DNA from: a virus
Virus record (IMG/VR): IMGVR_UViG_3300037067_017524
Location: 1-28,077 of that record
Direction: 5' to 3' (one strand)
DNA: 28,077 nucleotides
Positions 7,731-16,136 of this stretch are shown here, piece by piece. How positions within the stretch are numbered: position 1 is the first letter of the stretch; the number at the start of each line of letters is the position of its first letter. The notes under the pieces are model-generated. The model was not told where the DNA came from, did not search any database, and worked only from the letters and a program-made list of their open reading frames with translations. Position numbers and translations under genes: made by a program.

Positions 7731-7812
7731 AATCTATATTTTTTACAAAGATAATTATAAATGTTGTAAAATACAATAGTTTTTTAATTATATATATTTA
7801 ATAAATAAATTT

Positions 7813-7842
7813 GTTGAATTAAATAAAAAAGTTGAATTAAAT
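7813..7842 (+). repeat. 12-bp direct repeat gttgaattaaat x2 (18-bp period) in the sheath upstream region
   Basis: Copies at 7813-7824 and 7831-7842. TAaaTTTG sits at 7806-7813 and the 15-mer tttaatatataatgt at 7845-7859. Confidence 0.5.
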
Positions 7843-7895
7843 ATTTAATATATAATGTAAAATATTACGGATATAAAAAATAAACCTTAATAAAA

Positions 7896-10800
7896 ATGCC
7901 AATACAAGAGAAAGATTTAGGAAAATACAAAAGACCAGCAATCTACATCAATGAGATTGATAATTCCATAATAGAACTGCCAGCACAGAACGTACTAATC
8001 AATTTAGTACCTGGATTTTCTAAAAAAGGACCTTATAATAGACCCGTCTATGTAGATAATACTGTGGATTTTGAAAGAATTTATGGTACAATTGATAAAC
8101 AATTGGAAAATAAGGGTTCATTCTTCCAAAGAACGTGTGAGAAGATGTTAGCAACAGGTCCAATATGGGCACTTAACTTGTTATCAACAGTACCTAACAG
8201 GGATGTACTTAATTATGTTGCGGTTTCAACCTCAGCCCTTTATGAAAATTCCGATTTTACTAGCCAATATCAGTCTGATTATGAGAATTTTTTCAATAGA
8301 CAAGATTTCTGGACTAGAGATGAAGATGCATTCCAAGATTTAGTTGATGATAGTGGACTTAATCCAAACGATTTGTTACACTTGACCAATATGGGGGATA
8401 AAACAATAACTACATTTCTATGGAAATCAACCATAACTGGATTTGATGTAACAGCAAGTGAATGGTATGGTGGAGACACAAAAGTTCCTACTTATATTGA
8501 CCCAAAATCACTTATATCTGATTATTTGGTAACGGTATTAATACTTGGTGGTGATTGGACGGACTATAAAACATTAAGTGTTGATTCAACATGGTCACAA
8601 TATTTTGATTTAAATGGTCTTATAATTACTAGTATACAAGATTTTGTAAATGAGACGGGTGTTGTTGTATTGGGTAGCTACGATGTTTCTTTGATTCCTA
8701 ACTTTAAAGACTTAAATAGTCGTGATATGTATATTGAGTCAGTATTAAATAATAATACAGACCAAACAAGTCTATTTTGTACTTATAATCAAGATTTATT
8801 ATTAGATAATGATTATCTTTCAGATTTAGTTGATTTGGTTGGTAATACAATAGTAGGAGTAGATGTTGAAAATATCAGTTTCTTATCATATGAACAAAGC
8901 ATTAAAGAAATGAGGACATATCCTTTGGAATATCTTGATTCAGCAAACAACGTGTTTGGTACTGCTAATTTTAATGCTCAGACACATGAATGGAATAACT
9001 GGACACAATCAGGTATTACATCAGCACTGTTCACATCGGGTGCAACAACTGGTTCAACTAGTACATTATCATTCACATTAGGAACACCAGCACAATATAT
9101 AATAAATGGAGTGGTTTATCCTCTTACCGTCGGTAGTGTGGATATAACTGCTTTAGCAAGTGGTTACAAAAGATTAGATGTTATCTATTTGGATAGTACT
9201 GGTCTTCATGTAATGGACGGTACAACAACTTTAAGTGGTGCAACAACAGTCAGCAAAGAAATAACATTTACTAACACTAATACCATAATTTTAGGTACGT
9301 TGTTAGTAACTAATACTGGAGCAGCATTGACGGGTTCTTATACGATTATAACGGGTGATGTGGATACGGTTTCAATTTTAACATCAACTGGAATAACAGG
9401 AACAGATAGTTGGCTTAAAATTGAATTCCTCGGAACATCGGGTTCAACATTAAAAAATAGTGAATATCTTAGATTAAGAGCCCAAAAAGTTTATACTGAA
9501 GTATCTACAAATTTATCTGCAAATGAAGGTGTAATAATCAAGAATGACGGTAATTTAAAAACCGAAGTTGTTGCAACATCAAATACATTTACAACAACAT
9601 CAAACTCACAGATATTGATTTGGCTTGATTCACCTGCTGACTACAAATCGGGCACAACTAGTGTGTTGTTATATTATGTTGATAAACAATTCAAGTTAGC
9701 AGCTTCAATTACAGCTGGAACAAAAATTATTACAACAAACGATTTAACTCAACCAAATATAGTATCTAAATATTCTAGCTTTTATACTGATTTCTTTGAT
9801 GGTGTAATTAATACAGATGATACAATATCGGGCACAACTGCTAAATTATTGATGTATATTGATACTTTAGGTATATTAACAGTTACATTAGATCAAGATA
9901 TATCTGTTGTAGATAGTATTACAGTATCATCAAATATTGGAAATTGGAGACAAACTGTAGAGATAGACTCATTTGAAGGAAATGATATGACAAATATCGT
10001 AGCTATTCATGTTGATAAAAATAGATATTCAGAATTGATTAGAGGTATGTATCTTGAGTCATATTATGATGCAGCTTATTATACTGCTCCATCTGGTGAA
10101 GGTTATATCAAGGGTGATACAGTACCAAGAAAATTGGTCAGAATCGTAAACATAAAGAATGATACCGTTGATACAACTATGAAAATTCTTTATACGGATG
10201 GTCCAATTAAAATATCGTACGCATCTGGATTAACAGAAATGTACACAACATCTTATCCTGCTGTTTACAACTACGCAACCAATCTTAAAGGTATTGCTCT
10301 CAAACCATTTGTAGTACATACAGACTCAATCCCTGATGGAACTGAAACTAGACAAAATACTATATTAAATGTTTTAGCTAAAAACACAGCTATTTACAAA
10401 GGTTTAATAAACAGAAATAAAATTTCTTGGAGATATTTAGTAGACTCGTTTGGTTTGGGGTTGACAGAAAATTCAAAACAACAATATGTTGATCTTTGTG
10501 GTGACAAGTTGAGTTGTGTTGGATTCATAAATATGCCAAGTGCAAAACAATTTAAAAAATCAACCAATCCAAGTTTCACAAATACTGATGGTTCATTGAG
10601 CACAACATATATGAAAGAAGGTGCTAACCAAGACAAAAACCCAGATTTTCTTTATTCATATGGTACTGGTGTTGGTCGTTCAACAGTTGGTTATTTCTTT
10701 CCATATTGTAAGGTTGCAACCGATGGTATTACAGCTTCTGTTCCACCAGCAGCTTACGCAGCAACAGCTTATATGAGAAAATTCACTACAGCAACCGCAG

Positions 10801-11327
10801 GTGTTCAACCTTGGACAATTGTTGCAGGTGTTAATATGGGTAGAGTTCCTGATATTTCTGGTACAGAAATGGACTTTTCAAACGATGATTTGGACAACTT
10901 CTCAGATATGGGATGTAACCCTATTACATTTATAAGAAATGTTGGTTATATAATTAATGACGAAAACACTGCACAAGTATTTCCAGTATCATCATTGAGT
11001 TATTTACATTCAAGAGAAGTTTTAATTGAACTTGAAAAAGATCTTTATGATATGTTACTTAGATATCAATGGAAATTCAATACTCCGACAATTAGATCAG
11101 AAATTAAATATAGAGCTGATAAAATTTGTCAAGGATATGTAGACTCAGTTGGTTTATATGCTTACAGAAATGTAATGGATGAAACCAACAATACCAATTA
11201 TATCATTGATCTACAAGGTGGTGTGTTAGACACGTATATCGAAATTACACACGGCATGGGATGGATTGTTAATAATATCACAATTGAAAAAACTGGAACT
11301 ATTAATTCAACTGGTTTTCAACAATAA
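7896..11327 (+). CDS. Contractile tail sheath protein (1143 aa, with large inserted domains)
   Basis: The N-terminus KRPAIYINEIDNS matches the myovirus sheath signature (PGVYI-E-D-S). The C-terminal region DMGCNPITFIRNVGYIIN aligns with the T4 gp18 INPVTG...RINVRRLF segment. The central Thr/Ser-rich beta region of about 450 aa is extra relative to T4 gp18 (659 aa). Confidence 0.85.
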   Translation: MPIQEKDLGKYKRPAIYINEIDNSIIELPAQNVLINLVPGFSKKGPYNRPVYVDNTVDFERIYGTIDKQLENKGSFFQRTCEKMLATGPIWALNLLSTVPNRDVLNYVAVSTSALYENSDFTSQYQSDYENFFNRQDFWTRDEDAFQDLVDDSGLNPNDLLHLTNMGDKTITTFLWKSTITGFDVTASEWYGGDTKVPTYIDPKSLISDYLVTVLILGGDWTDYKTLSVDSTWSQYFDLNGLIITSIQDFVNETGVVVLGSYDVSLIPNFKDLNSRDMYIESVLNNNTDQTSLFCTYNQDLLLDNDYLSDLVDLVGNTIVGVDVENISFLSYEQSIKEMRTYPLEYLDSANNVFGTANFNAQTHEWNNWTQSGITSALFTSGATTGSTSTLSFTLGTPAQYIINGVVYPLTVGSVDITALASGYKRLDVIYLDSTGLHVMDGTTTLSGATTVSKEITFTNTNTIILGTLLVTNTGAALTGSYTIITGDVDTVSILTSTGITGTDSWLKIEFLGTSGSTLKNSEYLRLRAQKVYTEVSTNLSANEGVIIKNDGNLKTEVVATSNTFTTTSNSQILIWLDSPADYKSGTTSVLLYYVDKQFKLAASITAGTKIITTNDLTQPNIVSKYSSFYTDFFDGVINTDDTISGTTAKLLMYIDTLGILTVTLDQDISVVDSITVSSNIGNWRQTVEIDSFEGNDMTNIVAIHVDKNRYSELIRGMYLESYYDAAYYTAPSGEGYIKGDTVPRKLVRIVNIKNDTVDTTMKILYTDGPIKISYASGLTEMYTTSYPAVYNYATNLKGIALKPFVVHTDSIPDGTETRQNTILNVLAKNTAIYKGLINRNKISWRYLVDSFGLGLTENSKQQYVDLCGDKLSCVGFINMPSAKQFKKSTNPSFTNTDGSLSTTYMKEGANQDKNPDFLYSYGTGVGRSTVGYFFPYCKVATDGITASVPPAAYAATAYMRKFTTATAGVQPWTIVAGVNMGRVPDISGTEMDFSNDDLDNFSDMGCNPITFIRNVGYIINDENTAQVFPVSSLSYLHSREVLIELEKDLYDMLLRYQWKFNTPTIRSEIKYRADKICQGYVDSVGLYAYRNVMDETNNTNYIIDLQGGVLDTYIEITHGMGWIVNNITIEKTGTINSTGFQQ

Positions 11328-11343
11328 TCAGTTGATTAGATTT

Positions 11344-11376
11344 AAAAAACCACTAAATATTTTTAGTGGTTTTTTT
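11344..11376 (+). terminator. Rho-independent terminator after the sheath gene
   Basis: aaccactaaa (11348-11357) / tttagtggtt (11362-11371), loop tatt, then T-run. The same stem arms are re-used at 13645-13675. Confidence 0.7.
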
Positions 11377-11426
11377 ATTAAACTTCTTCATAATTTTTAA
11401 TATATAAGTATTAAATCATCCTATAT

Positions 11427-13280
11427 ATGAAAGAAATATTATTTGAAACCGATCCATCTGGTAAATATTCGAAATCAGATTATTTAAAAAAGAATCATAT
11501 TGATTTATATAATGATATCATTATATATGCAGAGAAAAATAATATAGCAGATATACTATTCAAAGAAAAAGTTTATTGTTACAAATATAATATACTTCCA
11601 CCAATTTGTAAAAATCCAATATGTAATAATAAAGTTCAATTTAGAAATTCAACAATCGGATATGAAGAATATTGTTCTAATAAATGTATTGGGACAGATC
11701 CAATAATTCAGAAACGAAAAGAGGAGAAATCATTAAAAAAATTTGGAACAAAAACACCTGCTGAATCACAGATTATTAAAGAGAAAATGATTCAAACAAA
11801 TAATAAAAAATATGGAAGTAATTCTCCATTACAGAATAATGAAATACATAAAAAAAGTCAACAAACATTAATGAATAATTATGGTGTTGATAGCCCTCTG
11901 AAATCTAAAGAAATACAATCAAAACGATTAAGTCATTTTGATATTGATAAGTGGAGAATAAAATTTGAAGCAACAATGATGAGTAAGTATGGTGTTAAAA
12001 ATGCTCTACAGAATAAAGAAATAATGAATAAAACTAGAGAGACTAATATTAAAAGATATAATTGTGAATATCCAAGTCAGAATAAAGAAATAATTAAGAA
12101 AATATTAAGTAGTAGAAATGAAAAAGATTGGCAAGACAATTTAGAAAAAAATATGTTAAATTTATATGGTGTTAAAAATTCAATGGGTGTAAAATCTTTT
12201 AGAGATAAAATATCGATAACACAAAGAAATAAAGAAAAAAAGATAAATCCAAATATAATAGATATAGATTTAGAAAATAAACAATATATTATGAGATGTG
12301 ATTGTGGTCAAGATCATGATTTTTCAATATTATTTTCACTATATAAAAGTCGAAAATTTTTTGCCTCAAATTATTGTACTGTTTGCTTTCCACCACATAA
12401 AAACAGCATATCTCAATTGGAAACAGAATTATTTAATTTTATAGAAGATAATTATAAAGATGAAATAATATTAAATAAAAAATCTATTATACCTCCATAT
12501 GAATTAGATATTTATTTACCCGAAATAAAAATAGCTTTTGAATTTAATGGAGTTTATTGGCATAATGAATTAAATAAACCCGAAAATTATCATAAAATGA
12601 AAAGTGATTTGTGTGATAAAAAAAATATTCAACTTATACATATATACGAAGATGATTGGGTTTATAAGAAAGACATAGTTAAATCTATTATCTTAAATAA
12701 AATCGGTAAAACACTAGAAAAAATATATGCCAGAAAAACCACAATTGAAGAAATTGATAATAAACAATTAAGAATTTTCTTAAGCGAGAATCATTTACAG
12801 GGATATGTAAATTCTAAAATTAATATAGGATTATCTTATAATAATGAATTAATATCCGTGATGACGTTTGGTAAAAAAAGAAAAAGCATGAATTCTAATT
12901 CAGCAGAAAATGAATACGAAATGTTAAGATTTTGTAATAAGTTAAATATTAATGTAGTAGGTGGAGCATCCAAATTATTTAATTATTTTATTAAAAAATA
13001 TAATCCTAAAGAGATTATAAGTTATGCCGACAGAAGCCATTCTAATGGAAATTTATATAAACAATTAAAATTTAATTATATAGGCATAACTGAACCCAAT
13101 TATTATTATGTTGTGGATGATATTCGTAAACATCGTTTTGGATTTAGAAAAGACGTATTGATTAAACAAGGTTTTGATAAGGATAAATCAGAACATGATA
13201 TAATGTTAGAAAGAAAAATTTATCGAATTTATAACTCAGGTAATTACAAATTTATATATAATAATAAAAATATTAAATAA
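11427..13280 (+). CDS. Free-standing homing-endonuclease-like protein (Hef/DUF559-type PD-(D/E)XK) with an N-terminal Cys cluster, six tandem ~25-35-aa repeats and a C-terminal extension of unknown function
   Basis: Repeats of the form (K/N)YG-x3-(P/A)-x-Q-x-KEI-x2-K-x3-T appear six times. The nuclease core ELDIYLPEIKIAFEFNGVYWHNE...IQLIHIYEDDW is paralogous to ORF 267-1121. The gene lies between the sheath and tube genes, a classic homing-endonuclease location. Confidence 0.7.
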   Translation: MKEILFETDPSGKYSKSDYLKKNHIDLYNDIIIYAEKNNIADILFKEKVYCYKYNILPPICKNPICNNKVQFRNSTIGYEEYCSNKCIGTDPIIQKRKEEKSLKKFGTKTPAESQIIKEKMIQTNNKKYGSNSPLQNNEIHKKSQQTLMNNYGVDSPLKSKEIQSKRLSHFDIDKWRIKFEATMMSKYGVKNALQNKEIMNKTRETNIKRYNCEYPSQNKEIIKKILSSRNEKDWQDNLEKNMLNLYGVKNSMGVKSFRDKISITQRNKEKKINPNIIDIDLENKQYIMRCDCGQDHDFSILFSLYKSRKFFASNYCTVCFPPHKNSISQLETELFNFIEDNYKDEIILNKKSIIPPYELDIYLPEIKIAFEFNGVYWHNELNKPENYHKMKSDLCDKKNIQLIHIYEDDWVYKKDIVKSIILNKIGKTLEKIYARKTTIEEIDNKQLRIFLSENHLQGYVNSKINIGLSYNNELISVMTFGKKRKSMNSNSAENEYEMLRFCNKLNINVVGGASKLFNYFIKKYNPKEIISYADRSHSNGNLYKQLKFNYIGITEPNYYYVVDDIRKHRFGFRKDVLIKQGFDKDKSEHDIMLERKIYRIYNSGNYKFIYNNKNIK

Positions 13281-13281
13281 A

Positions 13282-13638
13282 ATGATAACGGATTATAATA
13301 ATTTTCAACAATTAAATGAAAACGTTGAATTGACAGATGATGAAAAAGAATATTTATGGACTAAAATAGAATATAAGAAAAAACAAAGAGCTATATCAAC
13401 TGAAAATGAATTATTTAATTTATTGAATAGTAATAAAAATAGTTTTAATAACAATGAATTTAATATCATCTTAAATTCATTAGAATATACATTTAGAAAG
13501 AAATTAAAAGGATTTGATAATCCGATAAGAAATGATATATTTTTGAAAATAAAGGATAAAATTCCAGAAGATTGGATTGGAATTAAATATTCATCTATTG
13601 AATCTAAAAAAAGAAAAGATGAAAAAGATAATCCGTAG
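13282..13638 (+). CDS. Hypothetical protein (118 aa), part of the inserted cassette
   Basis: ORF starts 2 nt after the endonuclease stop. The N-terminus MITDYNNFQQLNE weakly resembles the capsid-targeting-sequence-like motif discussed in the findings. Confidence 0.45.
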   Translation: MITDYNNFQQLNENVELTDDEKEYLWTKIEYKKKQRAISTENELFNLLNSNKNSFNNNEFNIILNSLEYTFRKKLKGFDNPIRNDIFLKIKDKIPEDWIGIKYSSIESKKRKDEKDNP

Positions 13639-13644
13639 ATTATG

Positions 13645-13675
13645 AACCACTAAATATAAATTTAGTGGTTTTTTA
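13645..13675 (+). terminator. Rho-independent terminator, second copy of the sheath terminator stem
   Basis: aaccactaaat (13645-13655) / atttagtggtt (13660-13670), loop ataa, then T-run. Confidence 0.7.
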
Positions 13676-13783
13676 TTAATTAAAAAATGAAAATATACAT
13701 TTAATATATAATGTTATTAAAATAAGATTTCAAAAATAATAATTAGAAATTTTATATATAGTAAAAAAATAATAAATGTAATT

Positions 13784-14347
13784 ATGCCGCTTCCACACTT
13801 TACAAACATAGCAAGTCACCACGAGAATTGGGAACCTGTATTTAAGAATTTATTTGAAGTAGAAATTTTTCTACCAGATGCAATCAGAGATAGACACCCA
13901 AATGCTCCTGAGTTGTTACTAGAGAACACTACTAAAGCTAAGTTACCAGTGTATCCAACTTTAGGTAATGTCGCTCAAAGATACAAATATTCAACTAGAT
14001 TATTTGTTGGATTCCCAGAATCAACATCAATTCCGGATTTAGGTCTTACATTTAACATAAACCAAAATGATAATAAACAAATGTTTACATTTAGAATTAT
14101 CAAAGACTGGTACGACTTACTATGGAATAACGAAGATGGTTCTTCTAACTATAAAAGAAATGTAGTTGGTGAGATTATACTATATCAACATGATAGAGAA
14201 GGTGAAATCATAAGACGTGTTACTTTCCACAACTGTCAGATTACTGGATTCCAAGATGGTGGAGATTTAGTATGGGGTGGTGGACAAGAAATCATGGAAC
14301 TCTCAGCAACATGGACGTGTGATTATTGGGAAGATTATTATTTCTAA
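13784..14347 (+). CDS. Tail tube protein (T4 gp19 family)
   Basis: NLFEVEIFLPD matches T4 gp19 NLFQVEISYLG. The C-terminal ...MELSATWTCDYWEDYYF matches the gp19 C-terminus ...EVTLALDYWE. The length of 187 aa is typical (T4 gp19 is 163 aa). Confidence 0.88.
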   Translation: MPLPHFTNIASHHENWEPVFKNLFEVEIFLPDAIRDRHPNAPELLLENTTKAKLPVYPTLGNVAQRYKYSTRLFVGFPESTSIPDLGLTFNINQNDNKQMFTFRIIKDWYDLLWNNEDGSSNYKRNVVGEIILYQHDREGEIIRRVTFHNCQITGFQDGGDLVWGGGQEIMELSATWTCDYWEDYYF

Positions 14348-14359
14348 TAATGATAATTA

Positions 14360-14387
14360 AAAACTCTCTTTTTGAGAGTTTTTTTTT
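14360..14387 (+). terminator. Strong rho-independent terminator after the tube gene
   Basis: aaaactctc (14360-14368) / gagagtttt (14374-14382), loop ttttt, then T7 run. Confidence 0.75.
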
Positions 14388-14401
14388 ATAAAATAAATTT
14401 G
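14371..14401 (+). promoter_or_regulatory. Candidate Bacteroidota-type promoter for the HNH gene, embedded in the tube terminator
   Basis: TTTG at 14371-14374, a 19-nt spacer, then TAAATTTG at 14394-14401. The ATG is at 14438. Confidence 0.4.
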
Positions 14402-14437
14402 AGAGAACTTTAATGATGAAATGAAATATAATAAAAT

Positions 14438-15112
14438 ATGGAAGAAAGAAAAGTATGTAAAAAATGCAATATCGAGAAAGATATATCTCATTTCTCTAAA
14501 AAGTACAAAACTAATGACAACACTCAAAGATATCAATCTTTTTGTAAAGAGTGTGTTAATAAAGAAGCAACAATAAGACGAAGTACACTCGAATATAAAG
14601 AAAATAGATCTAAATATGATAAATTATATTATGATTTAAATAAAGAAAAAGTGCTCAAAAGAAAAAAGAATTATCATATAAAAAATAAAGAGATTATACT
14701 TCAAAAGAAACAAATATATCGTAGTAAGCCAGAAAATAGGGAGAGAGCTAAGCTCTATATTAAAGATTATATGAAAAATAATAGAGAAAAATATTATGAG
14801 TATAGAAGAAAAAGTCCACATATAATAGCATGGCGACAGCTATTACATAGAACACTCCGTTATTTAGGAACTAAAAAAGAAGAACATACTCAAGAAATAT
14901 TGGGATATTCAGCAGTTCAGTTGAAGCATCACATCGAAAAACAATTCAAAGAAAATATGTCTTGGGAAAATTACGGGGAATGGGAAATAGATCATATCAA
15001 ACCATTGACTTCATTTGACGTGAGTTCAAATCCAAGTGAAGTTAATGCTTTATCTAACTTACAACCATTGTGGAAAGAAGAAAACATTACTAAATATAAT
15101 CATATTTTATAA
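14438..15112 (+). CDS. HNH homing endonuclease with an N-terminal zinc-binding module
   Basis: N-terminus CKKCNIEKDISHFSKK...CKEC. C-terminus EWEIDHIKPLTSF...NALSNLQPLWKEEN is the HNH motif (DH...N...N-LQ-L). It lies immediately downstream of the tube gene. Confidence 0.8.
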   Translation: MEERKVCKKCNIEKDISHFSKKYKTNDNTQRYQSFCKECVNKEATIRRSTLEYKENRSKYDKLYYDLNKEKVLKRKKNYHIKNKEIILQKKQIYRSKPENRERAKLYIKDYMKNNREKYYEYRRKSPHIIAWRQLLHRTLRYLGTKKEEHTQEILGYSAVQLKHHIEKQFKENMSWENYGEWEIDHIKPLTSFDVSSNPSEVNALSNLQPLWKEENITKYNHIL

Positions 15113-15190
15113 TTTTTTATTAAAATAATATTTCATAACTAATTGATAAATATAAAAATATATTAATAATTAAAAAAAAGAATAAAAATA

Positions 15191-15222
15191 TTTGGTGATT
15201 TAAGAAAATATTTTTAATTTTG
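15191..15222 (+). promoter_or_regulatory. Candidate Bacteroidota-type promoter (TTTG-N20-TAATTTTG) carrying a palindromic aaaatatttt core
   Basis: TTTG at 15191-15194 and TAnnTTTG at 15215-15222. The 17-mer atttaagaaaatatttt (15198-15214) is repeated at 16033-16049 upstream of the MVP gene. Confidence 0.4.
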
Positions 15223-15347
15223 TCATCCTAAAATATTTTAATAATATGAATTAAATATAAAAAATTAAACTTTTTCTTAAAAACATACAATAGAGATATA
15301 ATAATATGTAATTAAACACAAAAAATTAATTAATTTAAAACAAGAAA

Positions 15348-15938
15348 ATGATGAAGAAAATTTTATTAGTATTAACAGCCATTTCGATGTCTGTAATTTT
15401 CACAAGTTGTGGTAAAGTACCACAAGCACAAATTGACACTACTAATGCAGCAATCGAAGCTGCAAAAACTGCTGAAGCACCTGTTTATTTACCAGTTGAA
15501 TTTACAGCTCTGCAAGATTCAATGAATGTAATTATGACTGAAGTTGAAGTACAGAATGGGAAACTATTCAAGAAATTCGGTGATATTAAGATTAAATTAG
15601 ATTCTACACTAGCTCTCGCTATCAAGTTAAATGCTGATGTAATTATTAAGAAAGAAGAAGTTAGAAAAGAATCTGAAACATTATTAATATCAACTAAAAC
15701 CATTACCCAAGAAAATTCAAAACTTATACTTAAAGCTCCAAGAGGAAAGGAAGGTGCTATTGTTCTTGTACAAATAAAATCAGATATATCAACAATTGAT
15801 TCAACTATCACTGAAGCTCAAGGTTCTTATGATAAAGGTTTATATATGGAGACATTAAATAAAATAAAAGCTGCAAATGAAAGTGCAACAAAAATAAATA
15901 CCGAACTGAAAGAAGCTATCGCCAAAGTACGAAGATAA
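15348..15938 (+). CDS. Putative lipoprotein, alpha-helical/coiled-coil
   Basis: MMKKILLVLTAISMSVIFTSCGK is a signal peptide with a lipobox (FTSC). The rest is Ala/Lys/Glu-rich with heptad character. Confidence 0.55.
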   Translation: MMKKILLVLTAISMSVIFTSCGKVPQAQIDTTNAAIEAAKTAEAPVYLPVEFTALQDSMNVIMTEVEVQNGKLFKKFGDIKIKLDSTLALAIKLNADVIIKKEEVRKESETLLISTKTITQENSKLILKAPRGKEGAIVLVQIKSDISTIDSTITEAQGSYDKGLYMETLNKIKAANESATKINTELKEAIAKVRR

Positions 15939-15970
15939 AAAACAATTATTTTAATTACATATTGATAATG

Positions 15971-15999
15971 AATCCTAATGAAAAACATTAGGATTTTTT
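15971..15999 (+). terminator. Rho-independent terminator after the lipoprotein gene
   Basis: aatcctaatg (15971-15980) / cattaggatt (15986-15995), loop aaaaa, then T-run. Confidence 0.65.
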
Positions 16000-16032
16000 A
16001 TTGTTAATAAGTTAACAATAATATTTTCAGTT

Positions 16033-16049
16033 ATTTAAGAAAATATTTT
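16033..16049 (+). promoter_or_regulatory. Second copy of atttaagaaaatatttt, upstream of the MVP-like gene
   Basis: Identical 17-mer to 15198-15214. It lies about 88 nt upstream of the ATG at 16137. The downstream TAnnTTTG is degenerate here (tatttttc). Confidence 0.35.
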
Positions 16050-16136
16050 ATTTTTCTAAAAACTTTTATTTATTCTTTTTATATAAAAGATAGATTAATT
16101 AAATTTTTCTATAAAAATAACTAAAACAAAAAAATT

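Noticed and set aside
8279-10636. Minus-strand ORFs 8279-8479 and 10394-10636 inside the sheath gene
   Set aside because: They are fully embedded antisense to a well-supported 1143-aa sheath CDS. Their proteins are Ser/Leu/Pro-rich with no domains, so I treat them as typical shadow ORFs.
7896-14347. Sheath + tube as an extracellular contractile injection system (eCIS/PVC-like) rather than a phage
   Set aside because: eCIS tubes also belong to the gp19 family. However, the locus here has homing endonucleases inserted at the sheath/tube junction, capsid-targeting-like propeptides, tail-fiber and tailspike genes, and phage-type compact operons. No eCIS-specific AAA+ ATPase or spike/tip genes are present in this window.
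14636-14821. 61-aa minus-strand ORF inside the HNH gene
   Set aside because: Antisense to the Lys-rich linker of the HNH protein and purely compositional (F/I-rich).
15485-15811. 108-aa minus-strand ORF inside the lipoprotein gene
   Set aside because: Antisense shadow ORF. The sense ORF has a clear lipoprotein signal peptide and a terminator.
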